From NCBI GenBank assembly GCA_964493715.1, contig CAZBPC010000018.1, forward strand, positions 1 through 47,820: a DNA stretch of 47,820 nt. Direction: 5' to 3'. Below the pieces are notes generated by a model. That model ran no database searches. It saw only the letters and a list, made by a program, of their open reading frames with translations, and was not told where the DNA came from. The DNA comes from an uncultured archaeon. Its GTDB lineage: Archaea > Asgardarchaeota > Lokiarchaeia > Sigyniarchaeales > SOKP01. Shown one piece after another: positions 38,681 to 47,820 of this stretch; position 1 is the stretch's first letter; the number at the start of each line of letters is the position of its first letter. Made by a program: the position numbers and the translations under genes.

Positions 38681-41605
38681 TTGACGATTTTGACCCTAGA
38701 TGAAGTACGGATAGAGAAGTTGATATATAGCGGTAATTATGAGGAGGCGGCTGAGCTCATTTTTGATTTAATCGAAAATCGAGATAGTCTGGATAAGGAA
38801 ATACTATACAAAACATTAAATCTGTTGAATAATATTTGTGATAAAACACCATCTATTTCTTTACGTGCTGTAAAGTACATAATTTTTCTAATAAACGATG
38901 CAAATTCATGGATTCGTTTAGTTTCATTAGAAATTCTTTATCAAATTTCAATCTATCGCCCCAATCTCTTAATTGAGTTAATAGAAAAAATTCGAACTCG
39001 TTTATTTGATCATGAACCAACAGTGAGAAGATTAGCGGTGAAAATAATGGGAAATTTATTAGTTTCTCTACATATTGACCAAGAAGAGATCCAAATAATA
39101 ATTGAGGAATTTATAAACAAATTAATAGATGATGACTGGAAAGTTAAATTAGAAGTAATAAAAACTCTTAAAAAGATTTTGAACCAAGATTTTTCTAAAA
39201 TTCCCGATTTAGAGCCTCTTCTTTCAATTGTGATAATTAATTTACGCGATTTAGACGAGGATGTAGCTCGATCTTCAGCAGAATTATTGAAAATTTTAGG
39301 AACTTATTTTTTATCGAAAGATAAAATTATGCATATTCTATTAAATCTGCTGTATAATGAGGAAGATCGAGTAAAAGAACTCATTATTTGGTTAATTGGG
39401 GAGATCGGGAAAGAAAAGTCGTATGAAATAATTCCAATAATTCCTAAATTAATCAATTTGTTAAAGGAAGATGATTACCGAATCCAACAAAGAGTAATTG
39501 ATGCTCTTGCAAGCATCTCCAAAAATAATTTCGATCAAATATGGTCAAACTTAATAAATTCGTTGGATATTGGTGATGAAGATTATAGAAATACCATAAT
39601 TAATGCTTTATATCTTCTTAGCCAAAATAATATTCTTGATATTTTTACTTATATTTTTGAGGAATTAGAGAGTCCTTCAGAAATTGTGAGAGATAGTGTT
39701 GCATTAGTTTTCAAAAGGTTATATGAAGAATATCAAGTTGAGATTGAGAATGAAATAACAAAGATATTATACCGATTAGAGTCGAAATATTGGAGAGAAA
39801 GAAAAAAAAATACTGCTCTTCTCCAGAATTTGATTTTTATACTAGATATTAAGAAGATCGCTGTATGGATCTTCATAGAATTAGATAAAGTACTGAAAGA
39901 TGAAACAGATCCAGATGTAAAAAATGAGATTATTTTTACTCTTAAGAGTATTAAAAGCAATTTTAAAAGAATGGATGAGACAATTAGAAGAGTTAATTAT
40001 GAATTGGAGCTATTCACAAATAAAATCAGAGAATTTCAGAAAGCACCCGCTCAATTTCGCGAAAAGATGAACGCTCTAATAAAAGAATTCAAATTTAATG
40101 AAACTGAAATCGAGTTGAACAATACTTATAGAAAGATATTAAATAAAATTAAGAAATTCAATAAAAAGCTCAACAAATTCGAGTATAAAAGATTAGCATT
40201 TAATTTAATTGAAGATTGGGAGGAAACTAAATTACAAATCATTGATGAACTCAGTCTTATTAAAGGATTTATTCATGAAATTTTTGAAGAGAAAAAAATG
40301 GAATTCTCTTCTGGATTGAAAGGCAAAATAAAGATATTTCAGGATCGTATTAACATTTTAAGAATTCAATATGAAGCGTTAAAATTTTATGAATTTCCAG
40401 ATAATTTAGATGAGATTATCTTGTCTAACGAACAAAATGAAGAATTAGAAGAAAAATTCACTCAAATCACACAATTGAGAAATTATTTGTTTAAATTGGA
40501 TGATGAAATTAGAGATCTTATAGTAAGTAACATAGAATTTGACATTTTTAAGCAATTGCTTAGAAATTGGGTCGAATTAAAAATTGAAATCCAAGAATAC
40601 TTGAGTAGACTTGATAAAAAAATTAAGGTAATCAAGGACAAATTTATTGATTACTTCATTGAAATTGAAACCCGTGAAGAATTTTCAACTGATAAAATCA
40701 AAGATATCACCAATGAACTCGGATTCCAATTATTCCAAGGACATATACATTCAATTATAAGTCAAGGAATTGAAGGATTTAAGAAATTCAATGAAAAATA
40801 TGAACAATTAAATGAAAAAGTAAGTCAATTAATAAAAAAGAATGAATTTAATGACGCAAAAAAATTTATTGATATGAATCAAAAGCAGATTCAGAACTTT
40901 ATCGAAGATTATGAAAATCAGATTGATACAATCATAGGTAAAATCACGAATGATAATAACATATTCAATTTGTATATTCGTCCATTCATTACTAGATTCG
41001 TTTCTTCAAAAGAATTGCTCATAAATAGGATGAAAATTTTCCAACAAAAGAATCTTGAAAAGATTTACCTAAATCAAATTAAATACTACTTAGAAGTAAT
41101 GAATCCTATTAAACTAAAGAATTTAGCATCATATATTGATTTGGAAATTGACCAACTTACCGATTACATACTTAAATTCATAAATAAAAATAAATTAAGC
41201 GGGAAAATCATAAATGATACGCTTTATTCACCTAAATTAGAAGATTTATATGAATCAAAAGATCTCCTTCTATTTAAAAAAGTTAAAACGATTGGTAATA
41301 AAATCCATCTTGAATTTAAGTTAAGTAATCCAACAACCCTCACTTTTAAGGATCTACAAATCATACTTCGCATACCTGTATATTTGATCTTTGAGAAGAG
41401 TGAAAGTTTTCCTAGAAATCTCTACGTGAATGAATTAAAGCCTGGAAGCGCTTTAAAATTCAATTATATTGTAAAAATGAATCGGATGGTTGAAAAAAGA
41501 CTATCAGATCCTGGTGCGGATGAGATCACTTTAAATCTATTTTATCGGGATCCATTTAATGTTACCAGGAAAATATCCAAAAAAATAGATCTGTTGTTAT
41601 CTTAA
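38681..41605 (+). CDS. HEAT-repeat protein with coiled-coil, PCI/winged-helix and C-terminal Ig-like domain
   Basis: About ten HEAT repeats (LFDHEPTVRRLAV, LIDDDWKVKLEVI, LRDLDEDVARSSA). PIKLKNLASYIDL...ILKFI..NKLSGKI winged helix. C-terminal LEFKLSNPT...DLQI...ELKPGS beta sandwich. Confidence 0.7.
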   Translation: MTILTLDEVRIEKLIYSGNYEEAAELIFDLIENRDSLDKEILYKTLNLLNNICDKTPSISLRAVKYIIFLINDANSWIRLVSLEILYQISIYRPNLLIELIEKIRTRLFDHEPTVRRLAVKIMGNLLVSLHIDQEEIQIIIEEFINKLIDDDWKVKLEVIKTLKKILNQDFSKIPDLEPLLSIVIINLRDLDEDVARSSAELLKILGTYFLSKDKIMHILLNLLYNEEDRVKELIIWLIGEIGKEKSYEIIPIIPKLINLLKEDDYRIQQRVIDALASISKNNFDQIWSNLINSLDIGDEDYRNTIINALYLLSQNNILDIFTYIFEELESPSEIVRDSVALVFKRLYEEYQVEIENEITKILYRLESKYWRERKKNTALLQNLIFILDIKKIAVWIFIELDKVLKDETDPDVKNEIIFTLKSIKSNFKRMDETIRRVNYELELFTNKIREFQKAPAQFREKMNALIKEFKFNETEIELNNTYRKILNKIKKFNKKLNKFEYKRLAFNLIEDWEETKLQIIDELSLIKGFIHEIFEEKKMEFSSGLKGKIKIFQDRINILRIQYEALKFYEFPDNLDEIILSNEQNEELEEKFTQITQLRNYLFKLDDEIRDLIVSNIEFDIFKQLLRNWVELKIEIQEYLSRLDKKIKVIKDKFIDYFIEIETREEFSTDKIKDITNELGFQLFQGHIHSIISQGIEGFKKFNEKYEQLNEKVSQLIKKNEFNDAKKFIDMNQKQIQNFIEDYENQIDTIIGKITNDNNIFNLYIRPFITRFVSSKELLINRMKIFQQKNLEKIYLNQIKYYLEVMNPIKLKNLASYIDLEIDQLTDYILKFINKNKLSGKIINDTLYSPKLEDLYESKDLLLFKKVKTIGNKIHLEFKLSNPTTLTFKDLQIILRIPVYLIFEKSESFPRNLYVNELKPGSALKFNYIVKMNRMVEKRLSDPGADEITLNLFYRDPFNVTRKISKKIDLLLS

Positions 41606-41743
41606 TATTTTATTTGATTATTTGCCTAGTTTAATGTTAATCTTTACTTATTTATCGAGAAAAGGAATAATTTATAACGAAATTCTTAATAAATGATAAT
41701 CATCTATAAATTTACGATAATTAAGGTTATAACCGAGAGGTGA

Positions 41744-42781
41744 ATGTTGCAAGTAGAAGAGAGTTATCGATTGACGCTCCAAACGAAATTATTCGGTTGA
41801 AATTGTAAAGTAGACTCCAATAAGTTAAATGAACTTCTTAATAACGCTGGTTTGGTTGGAGATATAGAAGATTCTGCAATAATTCCCGTACCAAATTCAG
41901 ATTTAGTAATGGTAAAAAATATCGACATCTTTACACCAATCATCGATGAACCAGAAATAATGGGTGAAATCGCTGCTGCTAATGTAACTAATGATGTATT
42001 TGCATTAAATGTTCTAGATATTTCGGGAATGCTGATATTTCTCGGTATGAAAAAAAATATGCCTATGAGAATCGCAGAAGGGATATTGAAAGGTATCCGA
42101 AATTTTATTGAAAATAAGATTGATTCAAAAGTATTAGGAGGGCATACTATCTATTCTGAATGGCCTTTGATCGGTGGGGAAGCAAGTGGATTTGTTGATA
42201 AAAGCAAAATCATTAAAAAGGATCGTGTAGAATCTGGTGATACATTAATAGTCACTAAACCTATAGGAAACCAAGCAATCATGGCTGCTTATCGTCTCCA
42301 AAAAAACAATCCCGACCTTCTGAAATCTTATTCTAAAGCTGAAATTGATGAATCTATTGATTTAGCTGTAGAATACATGACTTTACCATTACGTGACGTT
42401 GTAAAAGCTATTCATTCTTACGATGATGTATCTTTTATCCATTCAATGACAGATGTGTCTGGCTTTGGTCTATCTGGTCATCTAAAGGAAATGCTTCAAA
42501 ATTCAGATCTTTCTGCAAAAATCACAAAAGTTCCTATTTTTAAGCTCACTCAAGAATTATCATATGATTTCGGTTATAAATTTGATGAATGTGAAATGTC
42601 TGAAACCGCAGGGGGTATGTTACTTGCGGTTGATAACAAGCACGCTCAAGAGTTTTCTGAAAGGCTTGAAAAAGAATTTCATGTACTTAATTGGATAATT
42701 GGATCAATCGATAACCAAAACGATCCTCGACGTGTTCGTGTTTCAAAAAACGTTGAATATGTCGAAATAACCACAATCTAA
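41744..42781 (+). CDS. selD: Selenophosphate synthetase, selenocysteine-containing (UGA at 41798-41800), paralogue 1
   Basis: Extended N-terminus MLQVEESYRLTLQTKLFG-U-NCKV, in frame with the 41852 ORF. SD GAGGTGA at 41737-41743 (start ATG 41744 or TTG 41747). Motifs EDSA, DIFTP, GGHTI, TKPIG, TDVSGFGLSGH and ETAGGML. Confidence 0.93.
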
Positions 42782-42853
42782 CAATGTTAATGATATAAGC
42801 TAAAACACGCTAGGTGAATGCTTATTGAAAATTCCGGTGCAATACGGCATTGT
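42781..42853 (+). promoter_or_regulatory. 3'-UTR SECIS element of selD paralogue 1
   Basis: ATGA(42790-93)...GA(42827-28) core, stem ATAAGC/GCTTAT, unpaired AAAA, mini-stem CAC/GTG, basal stem ACAATG/CATTGT. Conserved in the second copy. Confidence 0.85.
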
Positions 42854-42883
42854 AAGTATCTTCTTTTTTTACTATAAAATTGT

Positions 42884-43210
42884 TTACTTATTCTTAAATC
42901 TAGCATTATTAATTAATGTGGGATTCAAGAATACATTTTGACACATTGGGCATGAATTATGCTCCATGAGCCAAGAAGACACACATAAATTATGAAATTT
43001 GCTCCCACAAAAGGAACATTTAATAGTATTTTTTGTTCCCATTACGATAAAATTATGACAAATCGTACATTGAACCTGTTTTTCTTTAGATATCACCGCT
43101 GTTTTTAGTTTTTTCCCACAATTAGAACAAAAATTTGGTAATGTTCCATTAAATGTTCCCAATTTTTTACCACAATAGGGACAATAGTTCAATTTATATC
43201 CTGTCAACAA
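42884..43210 (-). CDS. Zinc-ribbon plus C4HC3 RING-like finger protein
   Basis: CPYCG...FCSNCG, then CTIC-x13-CSFC-x4-H-x2-C-x10-CPMC. Confidence 0.8.
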   Translation of the reverse strand: MLTGYKLNYCPYCGKKLGTFNGTLPNFCSNCGKKLKTAVISKEKQVQCTICHNFIVMGTKNTIKCSFCGSKFHNLCVSSWLMEHNSCPMCQNVFLNPTLINNARFKNK

Positions 43211-43547
43211 GAAATCACTCTAATCATAATTCAAATTTAAATATCCTGTAATAATTTAGTAGAAATACACCCTAAAAAATGATACCTAGTCCAATTTTTC
43301 ATTATTACCAATATCTCCATGAAACTTTTAAGATAAATTTCATATCGATATTTATATCAACTAGAGTTTTAATCCTCTCAATAACTATAGATTAGGAATT
43401 TCTATTACGTGAAAATATCCTTTTTTATCCGACCTATCGAAATTATTAATAAATACGATTAAAAAATTAAATAAACATCCCATAATTATTACAGAATAAT
43501 GGTAGGATATAATAAAAAACAAAAAAATGTAAAGTATGAGGTGAAAA

Positions 43548-44573
43548 ATGGAAAAAAATGATTACAGGCTCACAAAACAAGTAAAAATCTATGGATGATC
43601 ATGTAAACTTAGTTCAGATCAATTAAATGAATTATTGAAGAGAACGGGTTTATATAAAAATTATGAAGATGCTGCTGTCGTTTCTATTCCAAATACAGAT
43701 CTAGTTCAAGTAAAAAATATAGACATTTTTACTCCGATTGTAGATGAACCCGATATTATGGGTGAAATAGCTGCTTGTAATGTAACGAATGATATTTTTG
43801 CTATGAATGTTCTAGATATTTCAGGAATGCTCGTGTTTTTAGCTATAAATCCGAACACACCAATGAATATCGCAGAAGGAATCCTTAAAGGAATTAAGCG
43901 CTTCATGGAAAAAAAAATCGATTCCAAAATAGTGGGAGGTCATACAATTTACAGCGAATGGCCATTGATCGGTGGGGAAGCAAGCGGGTTTGTAAATAAG
44001 GATTCAATCATAAAGAAACAAGGTGTAAAAAAGGGAGATAAATTGCTTTTGACAAAACCAATTGGATTACAGGCTGTAATGGCTGCATACCGAATGCTAA
44101 AAGATTTTCCTGAGATGTTAGAGGGGTATTCTCATGAAGAACTTACAAAATCTATTGATCTTGCGATTAAAATTATGATTACTTCAAATCGAGGAGTTGT
44201 TAAAACAATACACTCATATGAAGATTTCTCCTTCATTCATGCAATGACTGATATTACTGGATTCGGGTTATCTGGACATTTAAAAGAAATGCTACTAAGT
44301 TCAAGATTATCAGCTATAATCGATGCTATCCCATCAATTAAACTCTCTAAAGATCTTTCCAATGACTTTGGATACAATTTTACTGAGTGTTTATGTTCAG
44401 AAACTGCTGGTGGAATGCTTTTATCTATTGATCCCAAAAAAATAGAAGATTTTTCTAATGCTCTCTTTAGTAATGGTATCTCGAATTGGACTGTTGGTCG
44501 TATTGATAGTGTCGAACATGAGCTTGTTAGGATATCGGATAAAGTTAAACAGATCGAAATCACTAAAATATAA
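43548..44573 (+). CDS. selD: Selenophosphate synthetase, selenocysteine-containing (UGA at 43596-43598), paralogue 2
   Basis: MEKNDYRLTKQVKIYG-U-SCKL, in frame with the 43635 ORF. SD GAGGTG at 43538-43543. Same SelD motifs as paralogue 1. Confidence 0.93.
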
Positions 44574-44574
44574 A

Positions 44575-44642
44575 GATGTCAATGAAATAAGCTAAAACAC
44601 GTGTGTGGGTGCTTGTTGAGAATACCGTTGCAAAACGGCGTC
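44575..44642 (+). promoter_or_regulatory. 3'-UTR SECIS element of selD paralogue 2
   Basis: ATGA(44582-85)...GA(44618-19) core, stem ATAAGC/GCTTGT, AAAA, CAC/GTG mini-stem, side hairpin CCGTT-GCAA-AACGG, basal stem GATG/CGTC. Confidence 0.85.
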
Positions 44643-44719
44643 AATTTTTTGCCAAATATCCTTTTTTCTCATTTGATTTAATTAAACCATTTTAATTTTT
44701 AGTTTAATGCTCGGGAGTA

Positions 44720-45511
44720 TTACTGCTTTATTTTTCCCTTTAGTTCTATAATTACCTTTCTTAATTCTTCTAATGCACCTTCAGCTAATTTTTCTCCATT
44801 CTCTAAATTAAATGCAGTGATTGATAACTCAACTTCAACAGCTAATCCAATACGGGGATGTGTTTTGATCCAAAGTTGTGGATATTTCTTTTCTAAACTT
44901 GTAACATAAGGAGCTATTTGGGATTCACCAATTCCTTCAAATATAAATCCCCTCTCAATGAATGTTCCTTCATTTTCTCTTAAAATTGGTTTAATGCTAT
45001 TTGAAAACATTGCTTTCATTTCAGAAGGAACTCCCGGCAGCACATAAATTGTAGTCGTATTGGTTGCATCAATCTTAACTCCTGGGGCGGTTCCTCTAAT
45101 GTTAGGCAAGGGTGTTGCACCTTCCGGTAGGTAAGCCATTTTAGTACGTTCTTTTGTCATGCCTTCTAATTTCAGAATCTTTTGTTTATGGGCTTGTTCA
45201 TATGACTTTTTTATCATGTTATACGCCTGATCATTCAGCTTCAATTTTTTATTCAATCCTAATCCAATTCCCTCAAGCGTCATGTCATCAAATGTTGGTC
45301 CCATCCCGCCTGACGTAATAATTATATCGGGATTTCTACTCAAAATATCTCGCATTGAATGTGATATTTCTTCCAAGCTATCGCCTATAGTTGTGATTCT
45401 CCTTAATCTATGACCATATTTTGTAATTCTTTTAGCCATCCAATTTGAATTTGTATCTTGAGTTTTACCGATAAGTACTTCATTACCTATAACTAAAATC
45501 TCGACATCCAA
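44720..45511 (-). CDS. CinA N-terminal-like (molybdopterin-binding fold) protein
   Basis: IGNEVLIGKTQDTNS, SGGMGPTFDDMT, GTAPG, LPGVPSEM and GESQIA. Confidence 0.88.
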   Translation of the reverse strand: MDVEILVIGNEVLIGKTQDTNSNWMAKRITKYGHRLRRITTIGDSLEEISHSMRDILSRNPDIIITSGGMGPTFDDMTLEGIGLGLNKKLKLNDQAYNMIKKSYEQAHKQKILKLEGMTKERTKMAYLPEGATPLPNIRGTAPGVKIDATNTTTIYVLPGVPSEMKAMFSNSIKPILRENEGTFIERGFIFEGIGESQIAPYVTSLEKKYPQLWIKTHPRIGLAVEVELSITAFNLENGEKLAEGALEELRKVIIELKGKIKQ

Positions 45512-45655
45512 TATTAATTACTCCATAATCTATAAAAAGAGAAATGAATTCTTTCTAAAGAATATTTTATAAAAATATAAATAGTTTTATTAAAATCACC
45601 TTAAACATTTTTATAGATAAAAGTCAAATAATCAATATATTGCTCCATAGAATGA

Positions 45656-47035
45656 TTGAAGATTATGGAAAGGAAATCTGAACCGAATAGAAGTTGGACA
45701 TTTAAATCAATATGGATACTATATTTCATTTTGTATTTCTGCATTGGTATCTTACCTGTAAATATCGATAATTTGGTTTTAGATCTACCAGGGACGACGG
45801 AATTCGGTATAGGAATGGTAATTGTGATTCAAATGTCTATAGGGACATTTAGCTTACTGTTTTTTGGATACTTTGGTGAAAAAATATCAAAGACCATATT
45901 AAGAAAAAAACTCTTCATTTTTACAAATTTAATTTGGGTTCTCTCGTATGGATTAAATGTAGTGGCATCAAATTATCAATACTACTTATTTTTTATGATT
46001 TTAGCTTCAATAGGGAGTGGTGCTTTTTTACCACTTGGATTTTCAATCATTGGTGATTTATTTCCTCCCAAAGAACGAGGAAGCAAATATGGAATCATGG
46101 CTCTTGGACTAAACTTAGGTTCAGGGATGGGATTATTATTTGGGGGGTTGTTAGGGAGTTATACGGGACCCGAAGGTTGGCGTTGGGCGTATCTATTTGG
46201 ACCAATCTTAGGTTTTTTAGGACTAGTTGTATATGCTATAAGAGGTATTGATCCTGAAAGGGGAAGATCAGAACCGGAATTTGAAAATTTTGAAGGTATA
46301 ATCAATTATAACTATAAAATAACCTATAAATCAGTTCTTAACATATTTCAAAAAAGAACCGTAAGGGGAATACTTCTTTTTATCATTACTAATGGAATAG
46401 CAACAGCTACGTTAGGAAATTGGGCAATTTTCTATTTATCTCAGAAAATTATAGCCGAGGATCCTGGATTGATTGCTACAACGCTTTATTTGCTAGCAGG
46501 TATAGGAATTCTTCCAGGTTCAGTTGTTGGAGGAAAATTGGGTGATAAATATGTTAAAGTTAAAAAAAGAAATGGAAGGATTATTATAACTTTAATTGGT
46601 CTAATTGTTGGTATAAGTTTGCTAATGTTGTTTTACTTATTACCAATTCCTAGCAGCAATCCATTAGAAATAATTCTATCTTGGATTCTATTTCTTATTC
46701 TTGGTATGTTAGGAAACTTCTTTTCGAGCTTGTATTCTGGGAATGTTTTCGCGATTTATTCAGAAGTATGTGTTCCTGAAACTAGAAGCACGATAAATGC
46801 ATTTAATGGCGTAATGACTAATATTGGTGCAATTATAGGAAATCTAATTCTTTCTTCTTTAATCCAACAAGATACTGCCTTTTTACCATTTGCGATATTT
46901 CTTGTGTTATTTATATGGTTATTTGGATCATTATTTTGGATAATTCCATTAAAAAATTATTCAAGAGAAGTAAAAGAATGTAGTGAGCTTAAACTACTCC
47001 GCAGATCTGAAATAGAAGAAAATTCATATCCTTAA
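45656..47035 (+). CDS. MFS transporter
   Basis: About 12 TM helices, IIGDLFPPKERG, GWRWAY, GGKLGDKY and PETRS. Confidence 0.88.
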   Translation: MKIMERKSEPNRSWTFKSIWILYFILYFCIGILPVNIDNLVLDLPGTTEFGIGMVIVIQMSIGTFSLLFFGYFGEKISKTILRKKLFIFTNLIWVLSYGLNVVASNYQYYLFFMILASIGSGAFLPLGFSIIGDLFPPKERGSKYGIMALGLNLGSGMGLLFGGLLGSYTGPEGWRWAYLFGPILGFLGLVVYAIRGIDPERGRSEPEFENFEGIINYNYKITYKSVLNIFQKRTVRGILLFIITNGIATATLGNWAIFYLSQKIIAEDPGLIATTLYLLAGIGILPGSVVGGKLGDKYVKVKKRNGRIIITLIGLIVGISLLMLFYLLPIPSSNPLEIILSWILFLILGMLGNFFSSLYSGNVFAIYSEVCVPETRSTINAFNGVMTNIGAIIGNLILSSLIQQDTAFLPFAIFLVLFIWLFGSLFWIIPLKNYSREVKECSELKLLRRSEIEENSYP

Positions 47036-47081
47036 TATTAATAAATTTGAAATTATAGATTTCATTTTCAAAAATATTGAA

Positions 47082-47633
47082 ATGACTATTGAAATTGATG
47101 ATAGCGGAACTGGAGATTTAGTTGGTGACGCTTTTATAGGATTCCTTCGACAAGAGACGGGAGAAATTCTATTCAAAACGCTTTCCGTGGAACTATTTAA
47201 AGGGGATAACTGGAAAGATAAAGAACCATATAAAATGACTGTGGATTTAGTCAAGGAAGGATTAAAGGAACTAAATTTTGATAAGAAGAATGAAAAAGTG
47301 TTATTATGTCGTGGTAACATCTTTGATCAAGTAAGACAATATTTCGATGATGTTGGTATCGTTTATGAACCCGCGATTATCGAGGGTAAGTTACAAGATG
47401 CTGTCGAGGGAAGATTAATTAAACATTTAAAAAATGATCTAGGAATTCATTCAAAAAAATTAACGATAGAAAGTGGAGCAAAAAGATATTTTGTTCTGTT
47501 TAATTGGGTTTGTCGTAATTTTTATAAAAGAGAAAAATATGTAAAATCAGGGTTTAAAAAATGGAATACTTATTGGCGAGACATTGCAATAGAAAAATAT
47601 GAGAATTATATAGAATCAAGCAATAATAAATAA
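47082..47633 (+). CDS. Hypothetical protein with an RNase HII-like acidic N-terminal motif
   Basis: IEIDDSGTGDLVG resembles the GxDExGxG..G first strand of RNase HII-fold enzymes. The rest is not recognised. Confidence 0.55.
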   Translation: MTIEIDDSGTGDLVGDAFIGFLRQETGEILFKTLSVELFKGDNWKDKEPYKMTVDLVKEGLKELNFDKKNEKVLLCRGNIFDQVRQYFDDVGIVYEPAIIEGKLQDAVEGRLIKHLKNDLGIHSKKLTIESGAKRYFVLFNWVCRNFYKREKYVKSGFKKWNTYWRDIAIEKYENYIESSNNK

Positions 47634-47820
47634 TTATCTTAACCTTCTCTTTATGATCCTTCTTCTCATAAGCCCAACCCCAGCTAAACCTATCAATGAG
47701 CCTCCTGATATTACCATGCTCGTTTGAATAGTGTTCCCAAGTGTTGTTGAGTCTAATGATAAACCCATTTCCTCTTGAGCTAAAAATGGCATGACATTAT
47801 TTTTAAATCGAGGTAACCAA
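47634..47820 (-). CDS. 3' end of a membrane-anchored protein (truncated by window edge)
   Basis: Open frame ...WLPRFKNNVMPFLAQEEMGLSLDSTTLGNTIQTSMVISGGSLIGLAGVGLMRRRIIKRRLR* with a hydrophobic helix and a basic tail. Confidence 0.6.
   Translation of the reverse strand, partial: WLPRFKNNVMPFLAQEEMGLSLDSTTLGNTIQTSMVISGGSLIGLAGVGLMRRRIIKRRLR

Noticed and set aside
41744-43634. selD copies as nonsense pseudogenes or short proteins starting at TTG 41852 / 43635
   Set aside because: The TGA sits at the catalytic Cys/Sec position in both copies, with good SD/start sites and downstream SECIS-like elements.
2990-47320. Short overlapping ORFs in the track (e.g. 2990-3184, 4403-4642, 14998-15282, 18129-18464, 18693-19040, 31653-32177, 44237-44563, 47024-47320)
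   Set aside because: They are antisense or alternate-frame shadows of well-supported genes.
1-47820. CRISPR arrays, tRNA/rRNA genes, transposases
   Set aside because: No regularly spaced repeats, cloverleaf or GC-rich structural RNA blocks, or transposase motifs seen by eye. tRNAscan/Infernal would be needed to exclude atypical RNAs.

Overview
AT-rich archaeal window, most likely from an Asgard archaeon (Lokiarchaeia-like). This is inferred from the eukaryotic-signature-type genes (Rab-like GTPase, longin, two gelsolin-domain proteins, two RING proteins, an EMC3/TMCO1-family insertase, a HEAT/PCI protein), an archaeal histone, a proteasome beta subunit and methanofuran genes mfnF/mfnE. There are about 40 CDS. 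I saw no rRNA, tRNA, CRISPR array or transposase. Two recoding signals are missed by the ORF track. (1) A histone gene (23294-23541) is out of frame unless a 29-nt segment (23314-23342) is removed. That segment folds into a canonical bulge-helix-bulge, and cutting at the standard endonuclease positions restores the frame exactly, so it is a candidate tRNA-splicing-endonuclease-dependent mRNA intron in a histone gene. (2) Two selD paralogues each have an in-frame UGA at the catalytic position and a conserved 3'-UTR SECIS-like structure with an extra side hairpin. Other oddities are a translational-GTPase/YqgF-like nuclease fusion, a proteasome beta subunit lacking Thr1, a type II pantothenate kinase and a probable AUU start for larA. 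All calls come from reading motifs by eye; no database searches were run.
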